This document shows positions 29,612 to 38,644 of a stretch of 64,000 nucleotides of DNA, piece after piece. The notes beneath the pieces are model-generated. The model searched no databases and was not told the origin of the DNA. It saw only the letters and a program-made list of their open reading frames with translations. The position numbers and the translations under genes are program-made. The stretch spans positions 768,001 to 832,000 of the forward strand of contig OY970323.1 of the NCBI GenBank assembly GCA_963716985.1, given 5' to 3'. Position 1 is the first letter of the stretch, and every line of letters starts with the position of its first letter. This DNA comes from an uncultured bacterium. GTDB lineage: Bacteria > Chlamydiota > Chlamydiia > Chlamydiales > SM23-39.

Positions 29612-29644
29612 ATTGTATGCAATATGCAAGAATTGTATACAATT
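29612..29644. promoter_or_regulatory. Tandem GntR-type operators
   Basis: Perfect palindrome AATTGTATACAATT (29631-29644) and near-copy ATTGTATGCAAT (29612-29623) upstream of the operon. Confidence 0.7.
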
Positions 29645-30008
29645 TAAGAGTTCGAGGCAAGCTGGTTTTGGAGCGAATCGCTCTTATTGGCCATGTTCAC
29701 TTCTTCGGTCAGTTGTTAATGCAACTGACTTTGTTTTTCAATGATGAGGGCGACTTTGCTGACTTGTGCCATCCACTGATCGAAAGTTTTCCCTCTCGAA
29801 GTGAACAAGGCCCTCTTATTGTGTGAGATTGTGCAAGGTGGTTGGTATTGGATAGAGATTGAATTACTGCACCAATTAACTTCTCGTAACTTTTTCAAGA
29901 AGAATCTGTTGGAAAAAACTGAGACCAATTGGAAGGCTGTTTTTATATCTTTGAGGCAATAACACAAGTCATTGATTATCAGGTAAGTAATTGTTTAGAT
30001 ATGAGTGG

Positions 30009-30038
30009 TTGACCGACTGTCGGTCGGTAATGTATAAT
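30009..30038 (+). promoter_or_regulatory. Promoter with overlapping TetR operator
   Basis: TTGACC-18bp-TATAAT with palindrome GACCGAC-t-GTCGGTC (30011-30025). Confidence 0.7.
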
Positions 30039-30061
30039 TGCGCCCATCTAAAAGGAGCGTT

Positions 30062-30682
30062 ATGGTAAGAGTGGTAAAAAAGCCAGAGGAACGGCGTCGT
30101 GAGATTGTGTCCGCTGGTCGGAATCTGTTTCTCAAGCAAGACTTTGAAAATACGACGATGCAGGATGTAATGACAAAGCTGCAGATCGCTAAGGGAACGG
30201 TTTATCATTACTTCAAATCCAAAGAGGAGTTGTTGAAAGCTGTCGTTGAGGATATGGTAGATGAATACATCGCCGTGGTGGAGAAGGCGTTGAACGAATG
30301 CCAAGGCAGCGCTCTCGATAAAATGCGAGTGGTATTTGCTGCTGGAAAAGTCGCTCCTTGCCAGATGGAAACAATGGATAATCTGCATCGTACTGGCAAC
30401 ATAGGAATGCACGTGCGTCTCTTGGCTGTCACTCTGTCCAGGTTGGCCCCGCTCTACGCTCGCATGATCTCTCAGGGATGTAAGGAAGGACTTTTTCGTA
30501 CAGACCATCCACTCGAGTGCGCAGAAATTCTGTTAGCGGGTATCCAATTTGTTACGGATGTGGGTTGCTACCCATGGAGTCAGCAAAATTTAGACCGTCG
30601 GGCTCAAGCCATTCCTGCATTGATTGAAAATCAGCTGCAGGCGCCGAAAAACGCCTTTAGTTTTTTGATCAAACAAAATTAG
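30062..30682 (+). CDS. TetR/AcrR-family regulator
   Basis: KKPEERRREIV, TTMQDV...IAKGTVYHYFKSKEEL; AAGGAG RBS. Confidence 0.93.
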   Translation: MVRVVKKPEERRREIVSAGRNLFLKQDFENTTMQDVMTKLQIAKGTVYHYFKSKEELLKAVVEDMVDEYIAVVEKALNECQGSALDKMRVVFAAGKVAPCQMETMDNLHRTGNIGMHVRLLAVTLSRLAPLYARMISQGCKEGLFRTDHPLECAEILLAGIQFVTDVGCYPWSQQNLDRRAQAIPALIENQLQAPKNAFSFLIKQN

Positions 30683-30689
30683 CTCAAAA

Positions 30690-31257
30690 ATGAGGCTTGT
30701 CATGAATCTTTCTTATTCCTACCATCCAATGCCGCTTCTTCTGATTACAATTTTAATACCGTTAGCTCATTGCTTCATTGCAGCTTACTTGAGCTGCAAG
30801 GGATGGGAACAATTTCAGACGTTCCTTGTGCTTTTTGGTATGTGTGTGCCATGCATTGCCGCGCTTGTTATGATTTTTGCTTCACATAACGACATGCTCA
30901 TTCGGGATTTTTGGGAGAGGCTTCTGTTCTTCAAAATTAGCTCCGGCTACCTCATGATAATCCTATTACTGCCTCTATGCACTGTTTTATTGGCTACAGG
31001 TTTATCATTGTTTTTTGGTTATTCTACCGATCAATTTTCACTCGCGAGTGATTGCAGCGTTAAGAAAGGATGGCATATTCTCGGCATAGCCATGCCTTTA
31101 TTATTGGCTCCCTTCATTGAAGAGCTAGGCTGGCGGGGGTATTGGGTGGACAGTCTTAGAGCCTATTTTAATTTATTTACAACATCAGCAATATTTGGCT
31201 TTCTTTGGTCCGTGTGGCATCTGCATCTGTTCTTCGTTAAAGGGTACTATCAAGATC
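30690..31257 (+). pseudogene. CPBP (CAAX/Abi) intramembrane metalloprotease, truncated by IS
   Basis: EELGWRGY and WSVWHL motifs present; the frame runs into the IS end at 31258 and the final His-motif region is absent. Confidence 0.8.
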
Positions 31258-32779
31258 CTCGACTTTGCAACTTTTAGCGGCTTAGTTCAGGCCGCCTGAA
31301 GCACTCGTCTTACTATATCATCCATCCAATCCACCATTTCTGGAGTAATATTTTCCACGGAAGGGGTGATTTTAGCCTTCCCGGAAATTAAATTATCCCT
31401 CCATATTACCATGCGCACGGCCCTCAACATATCGGAAAATGTGACGTGCTCTTTTTGGTGCCAAGCAGTTGCCTCTACCTTAAGCAAATTTACCTGTCCC
31501 AATCGATTTGCCATTAGGCATACGCAACTATATAACCCCATCAGTATGGGGGTCGATCGGGCTATCGCTCGATCCGACCATTGCCGCTGAGTCTCTACGC
31601 CAAGATGTTCACGTGTTTCTTCGAATGTGACCTCAAGTCCCCAGCGATCGATAAATAACTCTATCATACGTTCTGGCGTCATGCGTGGATCTGTGCTCAT
31701 AAGAGGTAGAGGGTCGAGTTTTCCTGTAGGATCTACCACCAAAACCCATCGGATGGGTATAGGAGTTGCTCCATCGGCTCCCCACATACATGTGTTAGAC
31801 AGCACGCGAGCTACCCGTTTCTCTCCGCCGTAACCGACTACTTCCATTTCTTTCCAGGGCAATCCCTTCAGAGATAGCATCTCTTTAAAATTTTTCAATT
31901 TGACGCCTTTCTGTGCAGTACGTCCCCTTTGGCCGGGACGCTTTTCGGCCGGGAAATCGAACAGGGCTGCATTCATTTTCAGTCGCGAAACAAGAGTCAC
32001 CCCAGAACAGATACAGTTCAGAGCCAACTGTCCCGCAGCATATCCTCCATCGCCAACAAGAATTAGTGATCGCGCCTTACCTACCCATCGACGCACCTGT
32101 AAGACCATCTGACTCGCCCATTTTAATGAGGTTTTGTGCCGACGTTTCTTCGCTTCATCACATTTTTTAGAAGGCTCCAGTGCACTCAAAAAAGGCAATG
32201 CAAGTGCTCTCGACATAAACGGCAATTTCACAGAGAGCGCCATAACCTGCCACTTCAAACCCATGGCTTTGACCACTCGAGACTGTGACGATCGAACCGC
32301 ATCTCGATAATAGCCCTTTGCTTTTATCTTCTTGCCACGCCTGCGCTCCAATGTCTCGTCAATGAGCAGAACCAAAGGATGCTGATCGGAGACAAAGATA
32401 AGCAACATAAAGAATAGGATTTTCGCTGCCTTGAGTGACGACCATTCCGCCCGGTTTAAAAGGTGATGGTACTTTGAAAAACCCGACTGATGCTCAAGAC
32501 CCATTGCGCGCAGAGCCGCACACACGGTTCTCTTGCCAGTGCATAAAAGCGTGCCAAGTAATAAGGTCAGGGCTTTTTTCCAAGAAGGATTTGAAAAAAG
32601 TACTGAAAAAGGGGTGAGTACTGCTAAAATGTTTGACGATAGAGAGTCCATGAGAGCCTGCCATTTTGTTTTACTGAACCAAATAGTATGCGCGAAGCGG
32701 CACTCTCTATCAACTTTTTATTTTACAGATTGAAGCAAATGACTTTGGGCTATCAGATCAAAAAATGTACAAAGTCGAG
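31258..32779 (-). mobile_element. IS701-like insertion sequence, 1522 bp
   Basis: Terminal inverted repeats CTCGACTTTG / CAAAGTCGAG flanking a DDE transposase; no target duplication visible. Confidence 0.85.
31287..32651 (-). CDS. DDE transposase (IS701-like)
   Basis: LIDETLERR, VGDGGYA, RWGLEVTFEETREHLG. Confidence 0.9.
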   Translation of the reverse strand: MDSLSSNILAVLTPFSVLFSNPSWKKALTLLLGTLLCTGKRTVCAALRAMGLEHQSGFSKYHHLLNRAEWSSLKAAKILFFMLLIFVSDQHPLVLLIDETLERRRGKKIKAKGYYRDAVRSSQSRVVKAMGLKWQVMALSVKLPFMSRALALPFLSALEPSKKCDEAKKRRHKTSLKWASQMVLQVRRWVGKARSLILVGDGGYAAGQLALNCICSGVTLVSRLKMNAALFDFPAEKRPGQRGRTAQKGVKLKNFKEMLSLKGLPWKEMEVVGYGGEKRVARVLSNTCMWGADGATPIPIRWVLVVDPTGKLDPLPLMSTDPRMTPERMIELFIDRWGLEVTFEETREHLGVETQRQWSDRAIARSTPILMGLYSCVCLMANRLGQVNLLKVEATAWHQKEHVTFSDMLRAVRMVIWRDNLISGKAKITPSVENITPEMVDWMDDIVRRVLQAA

Positions 32780-32786
32780 ATAGTTC

Positions 32787-33089
32787 ATGAGTATGCAAAA
32801 TGCGGCTCGCGTAGTCCTCATTCTTTTAACAATTTTAAGTGCAGGGCTTTTGTTATCAACCAGTGAGGAGGCGTGTTCTCAGATGAAGGGATTGAATCAA
32901 CTTCTAACATGTGAGCTCGAAAGGCTGCAAAACCAGTATGGCTTTCCGGGAGCAACAGTCGCATATGTGTTGCTCGACGGGACCGTGGGCGAGGTTGCAA
33001 GTGGATTTGCAGATATCGAAACTCAAGAACCTATGACCACCAAGTCTCGGATGCTGGCAGCCAGCATTGGAAAAACCTTCGTTGCTGCA
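32787..33089 (+). pseudogene. Serine hydrolase / beta-lactamase-like protein, 5' fragment
   Basis: Signal peptide, YGFPGATVA, SxxK motif ASIGKTFVAA, then the frame runs into antisense portal sequence. Confidence 0.8.
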
Positions 33090-34090
33090 TTGAGCCCCGC
33101 CGCACTTCGCCCGAAGAGCAAGGAGACAGGCACCCCAGACACTGCAGATAAAGCCAGCATGAAACGATCCAAAAGTTCAGGAATGCCGACGATGTTGGTT
33201 GAAGATTTCTCATATTTTTCTGCAGCATCTAAAATCATCGTATTGGTTGCACTTTTGGTCATATTGAGCAGGTCGAGCCGCTTCATCACCTGGTTGTCAG
33301 CGCATTGCGAAGCGATTAATTCAGCTAGGTTTGGAATCGACAGGGTATAATTGACAAAATCCTGCATAATGAGGCCTGCATTGGCAAAGGCGGTTGAGTA
33401 ATTCCTCAACTCATCATAAATCGATTGGATCAGTGGATCTCCCCATCCATTATTGAAATTTTGCTGCCGGGGAGGCAGGATCGACCAATCGATCCGCAGA
33501 ATGCGGGAATGGTGCACATAGAACAAAGCTCCTGTTCGTGTATCATTGACGGTATACACATTTGGAAAACCGTAATTGGGACTATTGAGATCCTTTTCAA
33601 AGGTGCCGTCCCTGCTAAACGATTGATATCGATCAAAAACATGGAGCCATTTCACATCGCGAATGTTTTTCTCATCGACCGGTTCTTCAAGGGGCAACCC
33701 ATCTGCAATCCCCATGACGCATAGAGCGCCTCCATACAAACGGGCCCATCTGAGGAGCGTGATTAAATTGAAATTGGCCTTAATGGTCTCCAGCGCGGCA
33801 TTAGTTTTTTGGTCCGAATCTCCCTCGATTTCCCATCCTTGCCGCACCATTTCGGCTGGGATGATGTCCATAATCCGTCGCGTCACTCCATCGGATCGAT
33901 AGAGCTGATCCAGTTCTGCCTGCTCGAATATCTTTTCCAAGCGGAACTGCGCATGCACATTTTTATCTCTGCCGCGCAACCCAAGTCCCGTGAGGACGTT
34001 GATCCAGCCATCCGACTTAACCGCACCATCGTGATGTGCGATTCGGCTTTGTTCTTCCGAAGATTTCTTTTTGAAATTGTAAGTACCCAT
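33086..34090 (-). pseudogene. Phage portal protein, DUF1073 family, C-terminally truncated
   Basis: DGWINVLTGLG, WARLYGGA, VHHSRIL, SGVPVSLLFGRSAAGLNA, then homology stops (ORF track 33023..34090). Confidence 0.8.
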
Positions 34091-34454
34091 TTTTTCCCGG
34101 ATTAAGAAGGCGCTGCATTGGGAAATTGGGTCTCAACGGCGTATGAAAAGCCGCTTTAGAATAGATGGGTCATTGCAGATCTGAAGATCTGAATAAAATT
34201 CACCTTATCATATGGAAATAAAAAAGAATAGCTTATGTTTTAAATGCGAACCCGCTTTTACAGACCATAAGGGGAACTTGATTTTTCGCGCGGCGTTTAA
34301 CGACAAGAAAGGCCGCGCGATAAGATTGATTTTTGGTTTGTTGCGCGGGCTATATGTTTAATTATTTGATGCTCAATTGGTTGGGAATGGCGTGAACAGC
34401 AGCTTACTATAATTTGTCTTGGCGATTTGCCGCTATTTTCTGTGCTCAAATATC

Positions 34455-36115
34455 CATCCCCATGCCGGAAGAATGCATTTTAGGGATTAAAAAAATCGCC
34501 TAAAAACAGATCCCCAAAATGGAAATCTCTTGTTTGGGGATGGATTTTATTGCCGCTTTCTGCTTATCATATAGGCATGATTAATCGGGTGTAAAAAATG
34601 ACAAATCCTCCATTCATTGGCCGTGAGCCAGAAATTGCTAGACTGAAGGGGCTCTTAAGTAAAAAAAGCGCAAGCCTCATTGTCGTTCGAGGACGACGAA
34701 GGATTGGCAAAAGCAGATTGCTTGCAGAGTTTGGGAAAGAAATGAAAAGCTTTTTCTTCTCAGGAATGCCTCCCATAAAAAAAACCAATGCTCGGCTGCA
34801 AAGAGAAGAATTTGCAGGTCAAATGGAAAGAATGGGGTTGCCTGGGGCTAAATCTGACGACTGGAGCAACCTTTTCTGGTCTTTATCAAAACATACTCAA
34901 AAGGGTCGTATCCTTGTCGTCTTTGATGAGATATCATGGATGGGGGGAAAGGATCCTGCATTTCTAGGAAAATTAAAAACTGCTTGGGATATGTATTTTA
35001 GCAAAAACCCCCACCTGATTATGGCTCTGTGCGGATCTATCTCTTCTTGGATTGAAGAAAATATCCTCAGCAGCACTGGATTTGTTGGAAGAGTCACTAT
35101 AGATCTTGTCTTAGAAGAGCTTCCCTTGAATGTTTGTAATGCTTTTTGGCGACCTAAAGAAAAACTCATTTCTGCTTATGAGAAATTTAAACTTTTGTCA
35201 ATCACTGGCGGAGTGCCACGCTATCTTGAAGAAATTAATCCTGAGTTGCCCGCAGAAAAAAATATTCAAAATCTTTGCTTTACTCGTGGAGGATTGCTCG
35301 TGCGAGAATTTGATGAGATTTTTTCTGACCTGTTTTCACGCCGTAGTACAAGTTATAAAGAAATAGTCACGTGTCTTGCAGAAGGACCTAGAGAGCTTTT
35401 GGAAATCTGTAAAGAACTTAAACAAACTCGTGGGGGACTGCGTAGTAAATATCTTGATGATTTGGTCAAAGCTGGATTTATTCAGAGAGATTTTTCTTGG
35501 CATCTACAGGATGAGAAGGAGACTAAAATAAGCCGCTTTCGCTTGAGTGATAATTATCTTCGGTTTTATTTGAAGTATATCTCTCGCAATCGTTCTAAAA
35601 TTCAAAAAGGAGATTTTACTCCCTCTGCATTGACAAATTTTCCTGGTTGGGAGGGCATCATGGGATTGCAGTTTGAAAATCTTGTCGTCCATAACCGAAA
35701 AACTGTTTTGAAGTTAATAGGAATATCTCCTGAAGAAGTAGTTATGGATGGTCCATTTTTTCAAAGGTCAACAAAAAAGCTTCCTGGATGTCAAATCGAC
35801 TATATGATTCAAACACGTTTTTCTACTTTATACATCTGCGAAATCAAATTTTCTAAGGATTCTATAGGAAAAAAAGTCATCGAAGAAATGAAAGAAAAAA
35901 TAAGTCGATTAAAATTACCTAAGCGCTTTTCTATTAGACCCATTCTTATCCATGTAAATGGAGTAGAGAGCGCTATGTTAGATGAAGGATATTTTGATAA
36001 GGTGATTGATTTCGGGCAGTTTTTAGAGTGAAATCCGCCTTATATTCTCATCCCGAAACGAGCAAAAGCTATTTGGGGGATTAAAAATTTAGCTCAAAAA
36101 TACATCCCCAGAATG
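34455..36115. repeat. Degenerate direct repeats of ATCCCC/GGGAT boxes flanking the ATPase gene
   Basis: 34478-34521 versus 36072-36115 match at 34 of 44 positions by manual alignment. Confidence 0.6.
34598..36031 (+). CDS. Archaeal-type AAA ATPase with wHTH and C-terminal PD-(D/E)XK-like domain
   Basis: FIGREPE, GRRRIGKS, VFDEISW, TGGVPRYL, QIDYMI...ICEIKF. Confidence 0.88.
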   Translation: MTNPPFIGREPEIARLKGLLSKKSASLIVVRGRRRIGKSRLLAEFGKEMKSFFFSGMPPIKKTNARLQREEFAGQMERMGLPGAKSDDWSNLFWSLSKHTQKGRILVVFDEISWMGGKDPAFLGKLKTAWDMYFSKNPHLIMALCGSISSWIEENILSSTGFVGRVTIDLVLEELPLNVCNAFWRPKEKLISAYEKFKLLSITGGVPRYLEEINPELPAEKNIQNLCFTRGGLLVREFDEIFSDLFSRRSTSYKEIVTCLAEGPRELLEICKELKQTRGGLRSKYLDDLVKAGFIQRDFSWHLQDEKETKISRFRLSDNYLRFYLKYISRNRSKIQKGDFTPSALTNFPGWEGIMGLQFENLVVHNRKTVLKLIGISPEEVVMDGPFFQRSTKKLPGCQIDYMIQTRFSTLYICEIKFSKDSIGKKVIEEMKEKISRLKLPKRFSIRPILIHVNGVESAMLDEGYFDKVIDFGQFLE

Positions 36116-36411
36116 ATATTTGTAGATTTACATATGTTTTTTATGACGAAAAAATATATCCGTAAATCGACTTTTTTCGATTTGGGGATGTCTTTTGTGC
36201 TCGAAAAATCCATCAGCAAACAGACATTTTGCTATTTGCGGATGGATTGCACCAATTTTTATAGACAAACTAGAGCGGAGCAGAAGCGAGAAAACAGCTT
36301 TCTGCCGCGCTTGATAACGAGATTTGTGTCTGTCGCGCGAAGTTGAGAAACATAAAACCCGCGCGATACGCTAGCCTAACAAAATAGGGAAACAGCTGCT
36401 TCCCAATTGAG

Positions 36412-37389
36412 CTACGAGATTAGATTGACCTTTTTGCTGGCATTCTCTGCGCGAGAGGATTTGTCATAAGCATGCACCATTTCAGAAGTAGAGTGACCGG
36501 TCACTCGCATGATGTCGCTGTCTTGGAATCCTTGTTGTTTCAGATAGGTGACAGCAGAAGCCCGAAGGACATGTGGGGAGATTTTGAAGGAGATACCGGC
36601 GGCTTTCCCTGCCTTCGCAAAGGTGATAGCCACTTGATTGATCATGACTGGTTTTCCGGATCTCGTCACGAATACGTGCCCCTGTCGCTCTCCAATGTAA
36701 GCTCTCAAAGCTTTCATAATGCTATCGGGGTAGGTGATAACGGTTTCCTTGTGGAGCTTCCTTGTTTTGGATTGCGTGAATGTAATCTCGCATTGCTCCC
36801 AGTCGATCTGGTGCGTTTGTAAGAAAAGAACCTCATTTACTCGCTTGCCGCCCTGCAGGATAATTTTGCCAATGAGACAATCTCTCAAGTTGATCTTTTC
36901 GAGCTCCTTGAAAAAGAGAAGCCATTGCGCTTGAGTCATGGCTTTGGTTTTGACTTTCTCATAGAGATTGAAAAACGTTTTTGTGCCTCCTTCTTTGCTA
37001 GGAATGGCTTTTCTGATCACTCCTTGAAGGCGTCTGCTGAGAAATCCTGTGAATGAAATATAGCAAGCAGCTCTGGCCTGTTTCGTGGTCTCTGCCCATT
37101 TTGAAAATAGCTTGATCTGATCGATGATTCCTTCGTGGTTGATCACGGCAAATGCTTGTAAATTGAGCAGGGGATTGAGCCATCCAAACTCGATCAGCTT
37201 TCTGATTCCGGATCGGTAGTTGATTTGCGTTTTTTGTCCAAGTGTAGAAAGCCAATGATCAATCGCTTGTTCGACGGAGGTCTCTGCCAGCTTTTCCCAA
37301 ATCAAGTTCGTTTTGGCGGAGGCAACCTGTTCGTACGTTTGTAAGCCATGAAGCATTGGCAACCCATGAACGGTAGGAACTAAACTCAT
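36412..37389 (-). CDS. Tyrosine recombinase, chlamydial plasmid integrase pGP8-like
   Basis: TKQARAACYISFTGFL, LQGGKRVNEV, QSKT, PHVLRASAVT, VTGH...YDK. Confidence 0.85.
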   Translation of the reverse strand: MSLVPTVHGLPMLHGLQTYEQVASAKTNLIWEKLAETSVEQAIDHWLSTLGQKTQINYRSGIRKLIEFGWLNPLLNLQAFAVINHEGIIDQIKLFSKWAETTKQARAACYISFTGFLSRRLQGVIRKAIPSKEGGTKTFFNLYEKVKTKAMTQAQWLLFFKELEKINLRDCLIGKIILQGGKRVNEVLFLQTHQIDWEQCEITFTQSKTRKLHKETVITYPDSIMKALRAYIGERQGHVFVTRSGKPVMINQVAITFAKAGKAAGISFKISPHVLRASAVTYLKQQGFQDSDIMRVTGHSTSEMVHAYDKSSRAENASKKVNLIS

Positions 37390-37489
37390 GTTTTTCGCTC
37401 CGGCCCAAAATAATGGGCTTTTTTAGTTTTTGGCATCTGCTGATCCGATTTTAGCGTTTGAGGGCTCGGGCCCTTCATACAGCCTTCGA

Positions 37490-37517
37490 ATTGTTTATAA
37501 CTCGATTTATAAACAAT
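37490..37517. other. dif/res-like tyrosine recombinase site (11-6-11)
   Basis: ATTGTTTATAA-CTCGAT-TTATAAACAAT, perfect arms, 100 bp upstream of the recombinase start. Confidence 0.7.
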
Positions 37518-37636
37518 AAAATGTAGCTCCAAATTTCTTTCCTGGCAACACGAAGTTTTGGCGATCTACCTTATTTAGCGGCAAGTCATCTTAGCTCCTT
37601 TCGTGTGAAAGGCAACATAATGCAACGTCAATAAGT

Positions 37637-37948
37637 ATGTGTGTTGACAATCCGGACCATAATCATTTATACGTTATATTGTCAAAGCAACAAAGAGGGA
37701 ATGTGAATAGGCAAGATCAAGCGGTAATGCAGCAAAGCGACCAAGAGATAAATGGACAAATTACCTCAAATCGAACCAAGAAAAAGATCAAAGCAACCAT
37801 TTATTTGACGGAAGATGCAGAACAAGCGTTTACCGAGCTTTATATTCATCGATTGCGCAAAGACAGAAAGATCGATCGTTCAATGATCGCCTGCGATGCG
37901 ATTCAGGCGCTCTTCGAAAAAGAATGTATGGGAGTAAAGCAGAACTAA
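37637..37948 (+). CDS. Small putative ribbon-helix-helix DNA-binding protein (plasmid partition/copy-control-like)
   Basis: KIKATIYLTE beta-strand followed by two helices (RSMIACDAIQAL); start uncertain. Confidence 0.55.
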   Translation: MCVDNPDHNHLYVILSKQQRGNVNRQDQAVMQQSDQEINGQITSNRTKKKIKATIYLTEDAEQAFTELYIHRLRKDRKIDRSMIACDAIQALFEKECMGVKQN

Positions 37949-37987
37949 ACAGTTGTTTTTCGCTTAGCTATCGATCGCGATTACAAT

Positions 37988-38030
37988 GTAACACAGACAC
38001 CCATCTCGATCAAACGGGTGTCTATGTTAC
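37988..38030. terminator. Stem-loop downstream of the RHH gene
   Basis: GTAACACAGACACCC / GGGTGTCTATGTTAC, one mismatch. Confidence 0.5.
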
Positions 38031-38078
38031 GTCTGTGCACGACAGAAAATAAATGAAAATCATGCTATGAGGTGAGAT

Positions 38079-38567
38079 ATGAAAAAAAGCCGTCTTTTTA
38101 AGATTAGAGTGGCCATTCCTACTGATGTTCCTGTAATTTTGCAGATGATAAAAGAACTAGCAGATTTTGAAAAAATTGAAGCGACGGTCACTGAAAAAAA
38201 TCTCCGTGAGGTTCTTTTTCATGATCCAAAAGGACCAGAAGCTTTGGTGGCTGAAGAAGATTCTGTTCCCATAGGATATCTCATTTTTTATCAAACTTTC
38301 TCCGGAAGTTTGGGGAAAAGAGGAATTTATATCGAAGATGTTTATATCAAAGAGCCTTACCGAAAAAAAGGTTATGGAACGCTTTTTTTTAAAGAAGTTG
38401 CACAAATAGCCAAAGCAAGAAAATGCGGAGGGTTTTTCTGGTCGGTGTTCAACTGGAATGAAAATGCCATTAGATTTTATCAAAAAATAGGCGGCATTCC
38501 TATGAACGATCAGACCGTTTATCGCCTAACGGAGAAAGCTTTGGATATTTTTCTTGAGAAAAAATGA
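38079..38567 (+). CDS. GNAT acetyltransferase (diamine acetyltransferase-like)
   Basis: IKELADFEK, IYIEDVYI...YRKKGYG, WNENAIRFY. Confidence 0.9.
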   Translation: MKKSRLFKIRVAIPTDVPVILQMIKELADFEKIEATVTEKNLREVLFHDPKGPEALVAEEDSVPIGYLIFYQTFSGSLGKRGIYIEDVYIKEPYRKKGYGTLFFKEVAQIAKARKCGGFFWSVFNWNENAIRFYQKIGGIPMNDQTVYRLTEKALDIFLEKK

Positions 38568-38644
38568 GCTTTTTAGAGATCAAATTTTTTCGTGTACAGA
38601 GATGTGTTACATTAAAAACACATTAAATAGCTCATCTTAAGTAT

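Noticed and set aside
29716..29967. 83-aa ORF between the DTD2-like gene and tetR
   Set aside because: No RBS or motif; may be decayed sequence but cannot be assigned.
33023..34090. Calling the DUF1073 protein anti-CBASS Acb1
   Set aside because: Context (after terL) and motifs indicate a portal; no paired HxT motifs are evident.
33084..34120. 9-bp direct repeat GCTGCATTG (33084-33092, 34112-34120) as a target-site duplication around the portal
   Set aside because: The serine hydrolase frame does not resume after the second copy (AALGNWVSTAYEKPL*), so it is probably chance.
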